From an uncultured Pseudorhodobacter sp. (GTDB taxonomy: Bacteria > Pseudomonadota > Alphaproteobacteria > Rhodobacterales > Rhodobacteraceae), in contig CAJXWJ010000008.1 of assembly GCA_913062925.1 (NCBI GenBank), positions 3,907 to 67,906 of the forward strand: a DNA stretch of 64,000 nt, read 5' to 3'. The notes under the pieces are model-generated. The model searched no databases. It was not told the DNA's origin and worked only from the letters and a program-made list of their open reading frames with translations. Within the stretch, counting starts at the first letter, position 1, and each line of letters starts with the position of its first letter. Shown here in pieces: positions 1 through 8,308 of this stretch. The position numbers and the translations under genes are program-made.

Positions 1-129
1 GCCGGCAAAGGCCACGAAAGCCACGCCCCAAGCCATAATATTAAAAACTATCAGAAAACTTATCATCAACACGACATTCCGCTTTAACTGCGGCGTCGCG
101 GAATCGAAGATCCGGTTCAGCATCGTCAT
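1..129 (-). CDS. N-terminal 43 codons of a probable HoxN/HupN/NixA (NiCoT) Ni/Co permease, running off the window edge
   Basis: Not in ORF track. Reverse strand from 129 reads MTMLNRIFDSATPQLKRNVVLMISFLIVFNIMAWGVAFVAFAG, resembling NiCoT TM1 (FN-x-x-AW-x-x-AF-x-AF). Lies directly downstream of a cobalamin riboswitch. Confidence 0.6.
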   Translation of the reverse strand, partial: MTMLNRIFDSATPQLKRNVVLMISFLIVFNIMAWGVAFVAFAG

Positions 130-187
130 CACTTTCTTCGCGGCACCGCCCGTGCGCGAAACAAGGCCCCAAAGGGCCGACCACAGG

Positions 188-385
188 GTGACGGGCAGGT
201 CTCCTGGCTCGCGGGTCATCCCACCTGCCCCACCTTCCCGGTTTCCCAGTGGCTTTGTGGACAGACAGTCGCCGCTTACAGTTGCGGGGGCAGCTGCGGA
301 TTGGGCCCCGATTGGGTCGTCCCTACCGCATTCCCTATTAATCCAGCAGGCTGCGCCTCGCATGGAACCAGTCAGGAACCTGTGT
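188..385 (-). promoter_or_regulatory. Cobalamin (AdoCbl) riboswitch
   Basis: Reverse strand has AATAGGGAATGCGG...AATCCGCAGCTGCCCCCGCAACTGTAAGCG...GCCACTGGGAAACCGGGAAGG...GAGCCAGGAGACCTGCC, the canonical B12-element motifs including the B12 box. Ends are approximate. Confidence 0.95.
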
Positions 386-474
386 AGCTTGCGGGGTTCG
401 GACTTGTCTAGCGGGGAAAGCGACCTGTTTGCGCGCGCCGCCGCCAAAACCGCGAGAGCGGCATTTGTGTCAAG

Positions 475-515
475 ATTGGTAACCAATTCGAAACAGAGCC
501 GCGTCAAGACTTGAC
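475..515. promoter_or_regulatory. Two perfect palindromes in a divergent promoter region (candidate operators)
   Basis: ATTGGT-A-ACCAAT at 475-487 and GTCAAG-A-CTTGAC at 503-515. Confidence 0.4.
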
Positions 516-583
516 CAAAGCAAGGCTTCACGCAAAAACCAAAGCGTAAACGGCCGCAATGCCGAATAGGATAGTTGAGACCC

Positions 584-2035
584 ATGCCAGTGACCGACCC
601 CAAGACCGCGCCACAGGGCGACGCGCCCGCGCAGGGCGTGTTGATCAGGGCCGAGAATGGCGATGTGGTTGGCTTTGACGAAACCGGCCTGACGCTGCGG
701 CTGTCAGATCGGGTGATTGCCGATTTGCGGCGACGTTTGGGCTTGCCTGTGACCGTCGAGCCGCAGGCAGCCCAGCTTTTGGGTGATATCGATGCTTGGG
801 GTCTGCGCCAGATTGGCGATTGGCTGCATTTCACCGCAAGGTTGGAACCCGACCGACCGCCGCGCGATTTTCGCAAACCGCTGGATGGCGGCGACATCAT
901 CGCCGATGCAATTGGCCCTTTGCAAGCGATCCTCAGCATCGGCGGCGCGCGACGTGCGGGCTTTAACAACGGCCCTCCCAGCTTTGCCTATCACATTCTG
1001 GCCCCTGCTGATGACATCTTTTCGGTCGGGCTTGAGGGCACGGATGAGGCGCATCCGGTCGCGGGTCTGCAACGCCTGCCCCATTGCAGCCGTGATGCGC
1101 TGACAGCCCAAGCCTTGTTGCAGATGCGCTATGAGGCGATGCAGGCGCTGCCCCTAATGCTGGTGCGGGCCGAGACGGATAATTCCGCCAGCCTCGAGGC
1201 TTTGATTGGCGGGCAGGCCTATGTGAACTTTCTCGCAGCGCTCGATTCGCTGAATTTGGCCGCCGCAAGCTTGGGCAAGCCCGCGCGGGTGCTGGCGGTG
1301 GCGATTGATCTGTCGCTGGAAGACCAGCTTGGCACGCCTGACAGCAAGCTTGTGGCGCTGCGGCGGCTGATGGCGCGGATCGAGGCCGATATGGCGGCGC
1401 GCGGCCTGCATCGGCCAACGTTTCTGCTGACAGCCGAGGCAGGCACCCAGCATCTAAGCCGACATCCAATGATCTTGGCGCATGCGGCTTTGGCTTGGGC
1501 GCATGGGCCGCACCGTGTGGCGCTGCCAGCACCGGGCTATATGTTTGAACAGACCCGCTTTGCCCGCCCCACCCCTGCTGCGCGCATCCGTATGGCCGAG
1601 ATGGACGCCTATGCGATTTCGGCCTTGGCGCGGCGGCAAGACTGGCGCTGCCCGCAGATCTTGCTGGCCGAGGTGATGGGGCGCGCGCTGCGCGTCACCT
1701 GCCGCGCGATGGGCAATCTGGTGCTGGACGATCGCTTGGGCGCGGGGCCGGCGGGCGGCTTTCGTATTGAAACCAGCGGCAAGCCCGTGGCGATTACCGC
1801 GCTGCGCATCGCCGAGGATGACCCGCAGGCGTTGATCCTGACGCTGGACCGCGCGCTGACGGGCAAGGCCGATCTGGCCTATGCTTACGGCGCGCCAACG
1901 CCTTCTAGCGATGCTTTTCCCGCCAATCGTGGCGGATTGCGCGACGGCTGGTTCGCCCCCAGTCGGGCCGAGGGCGGTACGTTGCATCGCTGGGCCCTGC
2001 CTGCGCTGATTCCTATTCATCAAGGGGTCTGGTGA
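584..2035 (+). CDS. Hypothetical protein; degenerate SGNH/sialate-O-acetylesterase-like domain plus C-terminal beta-sandwich (tail-spike-like architecture)
   Basis: ORF 575..2035, ATG at 584 after AGGATAG. C-terminal pattern (LVLDD...GF...I.L.L...LAYAYG...NRGGLRD...LHRWAL) recalls SASA-domain proteins, but GQSN, QGE and DxxH motifs are absent. Stop overlaps next ATG (TGATG). Confidence 0.55.
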   Translation: MPVTDPKTAPQGDAPAQGVLIRAENGDVVGFDETGLTLRLSDRVIADLRRRLGLPVTVEPQAAQLLGDIDAWGLRQIGDWLHFTARLEPDRPPRDFRKPLDGGDIIADAIGPLQAILSIGGARRAGFNNGPPSFAYHILAPADDIFSVGLEGTDEAHPVAGLQRLPHCSRDALTAQALLQMRYEAMQALPLMLVRAETDNSASLEALIGGQAYVNFLAALDSLNLAAASLGKPARVLAVAIDLSLEDQLGTPDSKLVALRRLMARIEADMAARGLHRPTFLLTAEAGTQHLSRHPMILAHAALAWAHGPHRVALPAPGYMFEQTRFARPTPAARIRMAEMDAYAISALARRQDWRCPQILLAEVMGRALRVTCRAMGNLVLDDRLGAGPAGGFRIETSGKPVAITALRIAEDDPQALILTLDRALTGKADLAYAYGAPTPSSDAFPANRGGLRDGWFAPSRAEGGTLHRWALPALIPIHQGVW

Positions 2036-2811
2036 TGGTGATCTTTTATCCGGGCGTGCTGCCCGCAGGCGTCTTGATTGACGCCGATTTCACCCCGCCC
2101 CCGGCGCCGGTGGTGATCGCGCCAAAACCACTTGGTCCGCCTGCCCCGATCTGGTTTTCTACCCGCGACGCCGACAGTCTAGAGTTTACCAGCGCCAGCC
2201 GGGTCACCGGCTGGGCCGCCTGCGCCCCCAGCACCGCGCGCGCGCGGCCCGTGGGCTTTAACAAGGACGGCACTGGCTGGGATGCAGCCAGCCAATCGCT
2301 TGATTTCGTAGAAAAAACCCATGGCGGGCTTTGTGTTGCGGATGCGATTTCTGATGGAAGCTGCTTTAGCCTTGGGCTGATCTACACCCCCCCGCCCAAG
2401 CGGGATGCGCAAACCCTGCTTAGTCTGCAAGCGCGCGAGGACGAGGGCTATGCGTTTCTCTCGGCGGAAAGCGGCTTTATCCGCTTTGGACTGAAGGGCG
2501 GCGAAGCCAGCCTGCATCTGCCAGACCCGCAGCGGCTGACGCTTTTGCTGTTGTCTTCGGATGGACAGCGGGTGCGGATGAGCGCGAACCGCGATCTTGC
2601 GATTTCGGTGGCTTGCGCCCTGCCCGCCGCGCCGCTGGATCTGTTCTTGGGCTGTCGGGGGGGCAGTCGCAGCCTGCTGGGCAAATTGGGCAGCTTTCAG
2701 GCCAGCGATCTGCTGATCTGGCCTGATCAAGACGTATTGGCGGGCGAGGTTGCCCGCGCGCCCGAAGCCGCCCTTTCGCTGTGGCAAGAAAGGCTTCGCA
2801 ATGGCAACTAA
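2035..2811 (+). CDS. Hypothetical protein, probable LamG/concanavalin-A-like jelly-roll domain after a Pro-rich N-terminus
   Basis: WFSTRDADSL...V.GW...L.F pattern and alternating beta-strand stretches. Translationally coupled on both sides. Confidence 0.5.
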   Translation: MVIFYPGVLPAGVLIDADFTPPPAPVVIAPKPLGPPAPIWFSTRDADSLEFTSASRVTGWAACAPSTARARPVGFNKDGTGWDAASQSLDFVEKTHGGLCVADAISDGSCFSLGLIYTPPPKRDAQTLLSLQAREDEGYAFLSAESGFIRFGLKGGEASLHLPDPQRLTLLLLSSDGQRVRMSANRDLAISVACALPAAPLDLFLGCRGGSRSLLGKLGSFQASDLLIWPDQDVLAGEVARAPEAALSLWQERLRNGN

Positions 2812-5119
2812 GACCAAATCTCGCGTCGCAGCCTTTGACCGCGCTGCGGCCGAGGCCAGCAATATCTGTGTGATCTGGATCGACGATATGATCGACATTT
2901 TCACATGGCGCGATGCTTTTGGCGTGACCATCCAAACCCCGAATATTGATCGGCTGATGGCCGAGGGCACGCGTTTTGCCAATGCCTATGCCACCATCCC
3001 GCTCTGCGCGCCCTGTCGGGCCGAGCTGACCACGGGCTTGTCGCCATTTCGCACCGGACTGGTAGATCTGAACCGGTTTTGGCGCGATGTGCTGCCCCCC
3101 ACGGCGGCTTGGCAGTTTGATCTGCGCCGCGCGGGCTTTCGCACCTTTACCACCGGCAAGACCGACGCAAATTATCGCCCGATGCCAGAAGAGTATCGCC
3201 GCGTGCTGTTTCATGAAGATGTCTTGGCCGAAGATGCGGGCCGTCGCGGGCCGCTGACCGAATATCTTGACCGCGGCCCCGGCATTGCGGGGGTGAATGG
3301 GCCAAATGACGATGGCTCGGCCGATGCGACCTTTTACGATTATAGCGTGGCGCAAAACGCCATCGACTATCTGGGTCGCGCCGATCCTGCGCGGCGGCAT
3401 CTGATCCAGCTTGGCTTTAAGCATCCACATTACAATCTGGTTTGCCCGGATCGGTTTTATCAGATGTATGATGCAGCCGCGATCACCTGGCCTGCCAGCG
3501 CGCATCCCGATGATTTTACCGGGCCGCAACCCGGCATGGCGGTTTACGAGCTGGCCTATATCGTCAACGGCGCCTGGACGCCTGAAAAGGCCGGCGATGA
3601 AGGCTGGCGGCAGGTGGTGCGCGGCTATTTTGCGGCCTGTAGCCATGTTGACCACGAAATCGGCCGCTTTATGCAGGCCTTGCGGGCGTCAAAACTGGGC
3701 GATTGCACGACGGTGGTGCTGCTCTCGGACAATGGCTTTAACCTTGGCACCCACGACAGCTTTCACAAAATGAGCCAATGGGACAGCGCGGCCCATGTGC
3801 CCTTGGGGATCTGGCACGCCGGCATGACCCCGCAAGTGATTGATCTACCAGTGTCTTTGCACAATCTGCCCAAGACTATTCTGGATCTGGCAGGCCTGCC
3901 AGCGCGGCCCGAGTGGACTTCGGGGCAATCGCTTTTGCCGCTGATCAACGCGGATTTCGGCAGCTTTGACCGCAGCAAATCGCCGCTGACGGCGGTGTTT
4001 GGCACGCTGTCGGTGCGCCCTTCCACCGAAGGGCTGACGCAATATCGCTATTTCCGCTATCCGAACGGCGAAGAGCATATTTATGATGTCGTCGCCGATA
4101 AGGGCGAGACGACCAATCTGATCGGCTGCGCTGACACCCAAGCCCTGCGCGACGAGCTGGTCGCGGCGGGTGCCCATATCGGCCTTGATCTGCGCGGGCT
4201 TGAACGGCCTGACAGCGGTATCTCGGCGATGATGGCGATGGACGGGATGGTGGTGTTGCAGGGCGGTTTTGCCGACACCCAAGTCTGGGCTTACGGTCAT
4301 GCCGCCGAAGCCGTGCGCGTGACCGAAGCCACCTATGACACGCTGTTTTATCTGGCAGGCCCTGATGGCTATAGCCTGAAAGTGCCGGCAGGCATCAATG
4401 TGGTAAAAATGGCCACCGTGGTTGCGCGCAATGAAACCGAAAGCGAGATCGGCAAGGCGGTGCGGATTGTGGCGCATCCTGACAGCGCGATTGAATTTGA
4501 AGCCTCGGAACGGGTTTCGGTGCATGTCACCGGCAGCCGTGGCGATGATGTTATGGTTGGCCCTGTCTATGCAGGAGCAGTGTTTGAAGGCGGTGCGGGC
4601 AATGATCTTTTGGTCGCGGCCTCGATGCGGCGCAATGACGATCATGCGTTTTATGGCGGGGCGGGCAATGACACCCTGCGCGGCGGAAATGGCCGCGACA
4701 CGCTGGACGGCGGGCCGGGGGATGATCAGATCTACGGCGGCGACGGCTTTAACACCATCTATGGCGGGCCGGGGAATGATAAGATTTTCGACGGCGACCA
4801 CAGCTCGACCATCCACACCGGACCGGGGCGCAACGAGGTCACTTCGGGCGCTGGGGCGGATCAGTTCTTTGTCGGGCCAGGCGAAAATCGCATCACCGGC
4901 GGCGAAGGCGGGGTAACCTATCATGTTGCTTGGGGCGGCGTCTTGACGATCACCGACCTGCGCGACGGCGATACGATTTCGCTGGCAAGCTGGCCGATCG
5001 CACCCAGCTACCATCAAGAGAGCGACCGCATCATCATCTCGGGCGGGCTCAGTTTCATCGAGGTGCTGAACATCTGCGATATCGCGGCGGTGCAGGCCAT
5101 GGTGATCGGACGCAGTTAG
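2801..5119 (+). CDS. Cys-type (formylglycine) sulfatase fused to C-terminal RTX/hemolysin-type Ca-binding repeats
   Basis: IWIDDM, TPNIDRL, CAPCRAELTTG (CxPxR), FKHPH, SDNG and HKMS motifs. Tandem nonapeptides GGAGNDLLV, GGAGNDTLR, GGNGRDTLD, GGPGDDQIY, GGDGFNTIY, GGPGNDKIF from about 4589. ATG at 2801 overlaps the upstream gene end. Confidence 0.9.
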   Translation: MATKTKSRVAAFDRAAAEASNICVIWIDDMIDIFTWRDAFGVTIQTPNIDRLMAEGTRFANAYATIPLCAPCRAELTTGLSPFRTGLVDLNRFWRDVLPPTAAWQFDLRRAGFRTFTTGKTDANYRPMPEEYRRVLFHEDVLAEDAGRRGPLTEYLDRGPGIAGVNGPNDDGSADATFYDYSVAQNAIDYLGRADPARRHLIQLGFKHPHYNLVCPDRFYQMYDAAAITWPASAHPDDFTGPQPGMAVYELAYIVNGAWTPEKAGDEGWRQVVRGYFAACSHVDHEIGRFMQALRASKLGDCTTVVLLSDNGFNLGTHDSFHKMSQWDSAAHVPLGIWHAGMTPQVIDLPVSLHNLPKTILDLAGLPARPEWTSGQSLLPLINADFGSFDRSKSPLTAVFGTLSVRPSTEGLTQYRYFRYPNGEEHIYDVVADKGETTNLIGCADTQALRDELVAAGAHIGLDLRGLERPDSGISAMMAMDGMVVLQGGFADTQVWAYGHAAEAVRVTEATYDTLFYLAGPDGYSLKVPAGINVVKMATVVARNETESEIGKAVRIVAHPDSAIEFEASERVSVHVTGSRGDDVMVGPVYAGAVFEGGAGNDLLVAASMRRNDDHAFYGGAGNDTLRGGNGRDTLDGGPGDDQIYGGDGFNTIYGGPGNDKIFDGDHSSTIHTGPGRNEVTSGAGADQFFVGPGENRITGGEGGVTYHVAWGGVLTITDLRDGDTISLASWPIAPSYHQESDRIIISGGLSFIEVLNICDIAAVQAMVIGRS

Positions 5120-5273
5120 CCTTGCCGCAAAATTGCCCCATTGTTGCCATTCAGGCGACAATGACCAAGGGCACTTTGGCGCGCAGCCCAAAGCCTTTTG
5201 TGATCGTGTTGTAAGTGGAAATGCAGTGCCCCTGACCCAAAGCCCGTTGCAGACAAAATGGACCAACCTGCCG

Positions 5274-6398
5274 ATGTCGCAAGATCTTGCGGGCTTGCAA
5301 GAGGTGTTGCTGGTGCCTTGGGGGCAAAATGAGGTCAAGGGTGCCAAACGCGCTGCGGGGCTTTTTGATGCACAGGGGCAGTTTTTGCCCAGCGGCGACT
5401 GCCTGCGCTGGGCCAATGCGCCGGTGACGGTCGAACCCGAGATTGACCCAAGCGCCCCGCTTACCCGGCTGGAGGGGCGCTATCTTTATGGCGGCATGCT
5501 TTACGGCCATTTCGGACATTTTTTGTGTGAAAGCACGGCACGGCTTTGGGCATTGGCGCGCGATCAGTGCTTTGACGGCGTGGTCTGGTTGCCCAAGGTG
5601 CGACTGGGCCATGCAGCAAAGCTGGTCAAACCCTATCACAGCTTTTTTGCCGCCCTGGGCTTTGAGCGCATTGGCCTGTTTGCGCCACAAACCAATACGG
5701 TGATTGAAAGCCTGGTTATCCCCGAACAGGGGTTTGGCATCGGCGATCTGTCCTCGGGGCGGCCCGAATATCGCGATTTCATGCGCAAGCATCTGGGGGC
5801 CAACCTTGCGGCAGAAGGGGCGGAAAAGCTCTATATCTCGCGCGCGCGCCTGCCGGGAAAGCGCGGCTCGGTGCTGCTGGAACACCTGATAGAGGCGCGG
5901 CTGGAGGCCGAGGGCTATACGGTTTTTCATCCGCAAGATCATAGCCTTGCCGAGCAAATTGCCCAGTATAAGGCCGCGCGCCAGATTGTGGCGCTGGATG
6001 GCTCGGCGCTGCATCTGGCGGCGATGGTGATGCATCCCGCCTGCAAAGTTGCCATCATCAACCGCGGCCCTTCGCAGAATATCGACGACTATCTGCGCCA
6101 GTTCGAAGCCTTTACCGGGGCGGTGCCGACGCGGATTGATGCGGTGAAATCCTATTGGTTTTACGAAGGCCGCCGGGTGGTGAAACGCGAAACCCACGCG
6201 CTGCTGGATTTTCCGGCGCTGGGGCGCGCGCTTGCCGCTGCAGGCTTTCGCTCCGCCACCGCCTGGCGCGCGCCAACCGCAGCCCAGATCGCCGCCGAAG
6301 TGGCCCTGCGCGAGGCCCGCGCCGAAATGCGCCTGACCCGATACGAGGTGTCAGACCAAGCCGAAGAGGCCGAAGCAGACCTGGGGGCAGACCGATGA
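5274..6398 (+). CDS. Glycosyltransferase family 61 (DUF563)-like capsular polysaccharide protein
   Basis: GHFGHFLCES.ARLW, LYISR, HPQ..SL.EQI..Y..A..IVALDGSALH motifs. Start set at ATG 5274. Confidence 0.8.
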   Translation: MSQDLAGLQEVLLVPWGQNEVKGAKRAAGLFDAQGQFLPSGDCLRWANAPVTVEPEIDPSAPLTRLEGRYLYGGMLYGHFGHFLCESTARLWALARDQCFDGVVWLPKVRLGHAAKLVKPYHSFFAALGFERIGLFAPQTNTVIESLVIPEQGFGIGDLSSGRPEYRDFMRKHLGANLAAEGAEKLYISRARLPGKRGSVLLEHLIEARLEAEGYTVFHPQDHSLAEQIAQYKAARQIVALDGSALHLAAMVMHPACKVAIINRGPSQNIDDYLRQFEAFTGAVPTRIDAVKSYWFYEGRRVVKRETHALLDFPALGRALAAAGFRSATAWRAPTAAQIAAEVALREARAEMRLTRYEVSDQAEEAEADLGADR

Positions 6399-7315
6399 AA
6401 AAAGGCGACCTCAGCTTTGTCTTCGTGATCGAAGGGCCAAGGCTGCAAACCCAAAGCCTGCTGCTGGCCGACAGCCTGCGCCGCCATCATCCTTTGGCCG
6501 AGATTATCGCCTATTGTCCGGCAGGCTGTGATTTCCCGCCGGAAATTGCCGCGGTATTACAAGCCTGCGCCGTGTCCTGCCGCCCGCTTGCGGTGCCGCA
6601 GGGGCTTTGGGCGGCGCCCTATCCGCACGGCAATAAGATCCTTGCGCTGGCCCAGCCGCGCGAGACGCGGTTTTCGATGTTTCTAGACACCGATATGGCA
6701 GCGATTGCGCCGATCGACCCCGATGATTTGCCCGGCGCGATGCAGGTCTCGGTGGTGCCCGAAGGCATTGCAAGCTGGGGCAAGGATCTGGCCCGCTGGG
6801 AAGTGGCGCATAGGTTTTTCGATCTGCCGATGCCAAGCGAGCGGATTCACTTACTGCGCGGCCGCAAGCGCGCGTTTTTGCCCTATTTCAACGCCGGCAT
6901 GGTGGCGATCCGCGAGGAAGACCGCGTGCAAGGTTTAGGCTTTGGCGCTTTGTGGCGCAACACCGCCAGCGCCTTTGATTTTGGCGCAAAGGTCGGCGGC
7001 AAGCGGCCGTGGCTGGATCAGATCACCCTGCCGCTCACCATGCGCCGCTTTGGTTTTGCCCATAAAATCGTGGACGAGCGTAACAATTGTTCGATCTCGA
7101 ATGACCGCAGGCTTGATGGGTTGAACCCTGCAATTTTGCACTATCACCGCTCGGGATTTTTGCGCAATTGGCCCGACTATGGCGATCTGATCAGCGCCAT
7201 GCTTGACCGGCTGCCGCAACATCGCGCCGCCCTGACCAATTGGCTGACCCAAGGCGGCTATTTGGGCGATCCGCAGCCAGAACCTGATGCGGCAGAGGGC
7301 GAAGACCATGGCTGA
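6395..7315 (+). CDS. GT-A fold glycosyltransferase (GT8-like)
   Basis: FLDTD (DxD), YFNAGMV, LDQ and ILHYH motifs. ATGA overlap with the upstream stop at 6395-6398. Confidence 0.75.
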   Translation: MKKGDLSFVFVIEGPRLQTQSLLLADSLRRHHPLAEIIAYCPAGCDFPPEIAAVLQACAVSCRPLAVPQGLWAAPYPHGNKILALAQPRETRFSMFLDTDMAAIAPIDPDDLPGAMQVSVVPEGIASWGKDLARWEVAHRFFDLPMPSERIHLLRGRKRAFLPYFNAGMVAIREEDRVQGLGFGALWRNTASAFDFGAKVGGKRPWLDQITLPLTMRRFGFAHKIVDERNNCSISNDRRLDGLNPAILHYHRSGFLRNWPDYGDLISAMLDRLPQHRAALTNWLTQGGYLGDPQPEPDAAEGEDHG

Positions 7316-7351
7316 CACAAGCGTGCACATGCGTGCCAAGGCTGGGCTCTG

Positions 7352-8230
7352 ATGGGCTTTATTGTCGCGGCGATTGTCAACGAACCAAGCGCGGTGCTAG
7401 AGCGATTTGTCAGCTGGTATTTGCGCCAAGGCGCGGATCGGGTGGCGCTGTATTTCGACGACCCTGCGCATCCCGATATAGCCCGCTTTGCCGCTCTGCC
7501 CTGCGTCACCGTTACACCCTGCACGGCAGAGTTTTGGGCCAGCCTTGGGCTATCGGCCGAGGTCCGCTTTACGCTGCGGCAAAATGCTGCGCTGACCCAT
7601 GCCTATCGCGCCCAGACCGAGGGCTGGCTGTTGAATGTCGATGCCGACGAGCTGATGTATGCAGCGGGCAAAACTTTGGCGGCGTGGTTGGCCACGCAGA
7701 CCGAGCCGCAGAGCCTCCGCATCGCCAGCGCCGAACAGATCCACACCGCAGGCCCCCAGCAGCTGTTTCGCCTGCAAATCGCCAAGGCCGAGGTCAATGA
7801 GATTTATGGCGCCGAGTCCGATCTTTTTCGTCGCCGCTATGGCTTGATCGGTCATGCCGATGGCAAGTCTTTTCACCGCGCGGGGCGCAGCGATCTGCGG
7901 CTGCGCCAGCATTGGGCCGAGGATGCCAGCGGCGCCGAAGTGATCGGCACAAGGCTCTTTGCCCGCGATGGGGTGCATCTGTTGCACTATATGGCGCCCA
8001 ATTACGCCGCATGGCGGAACAAGCTGGATTGGCGGTTAAACGCGCATGGCTTCCCCGCCCCGATCAAAGAACGTCTGCGCGCCTGTCAGGCCAGTGCCGA
8101 CCCAGAGGCAGGCTTTCGTGCCCTGTTTGATCTGTTACACGCCCCCGACCCCAAGCAGATTGCGGCGCTTGAAGCCATTGGCGGGATTTTGCGCCTGCCT
8201 GCGGATTTTGGAGCCCCGCAGACAGGCTAA
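7352..8230 (+). CDS. Glycosyltransferase family 2-like (Glyco_tranf_2_4)
   Basis: IVNEP, LYFDDP, RQNA, WLLNVDADE, GKSF and LLHY motifs. Confidence 0.8.
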   Translation: MGFIVAAIVNEPSAVLERFVSWYLRQGADRVALYFDDPAHPDIARFAALPCVTVTPCTAEFWASLGLSAEVRFTLRQNAALTHAYRAQTEGWLLNVDADELMYAAGKTLAAWLATQTEPQSLRIASAEQIHTAGPQQLFRLQIAKAEVNEIYGAESDLFRRRYGLIGHADGKSFHRAGRSDLRLRQHWAEDASGAEVIGTRLFARDGVHLLHYMAPNYAAWRNKLDWRLNAHGFPAPIKERLRACQASADPEAGFRALFDLLHAPDPKQIAALEAIGGILRLPADFGAPQTG

Positions 8231-8239
8231 ATCGGCCAT

Positions 8240-8308
8240 GTTACACCGTTACAGTCGCAGCCTGTTACGGCGTTACACCCCGAAACGCTATCGCGTTACA
8301 GCGTTACA
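8240..8308. repeat. Three tandem GTTAC(A/G)-N2-GTTACA units
   Basis: GTTACR hexamers start at 8240, 8248, 8264, 8272, 8295 and 8303, at a convergent gene junction. Confidence 0.7.

Noticed and set aside
152-514. 120-aa + strand ORF
   Set aside because: Lies antisense over the cobalamin riboswitch; no protein motif; shadow ORF
4589-4900. 27-bp periodic repeats
   Set aside because: They encode the RTX nonapeptides of the sulfatase; not a CRISPR array or VNTR
8240-8308. Possible mini-CRISPR array
   Set aside because: Units are only 14 bp with 10- and 17-bp gaps, there is no cas gene and no leader; kept only as an unexplained repeat
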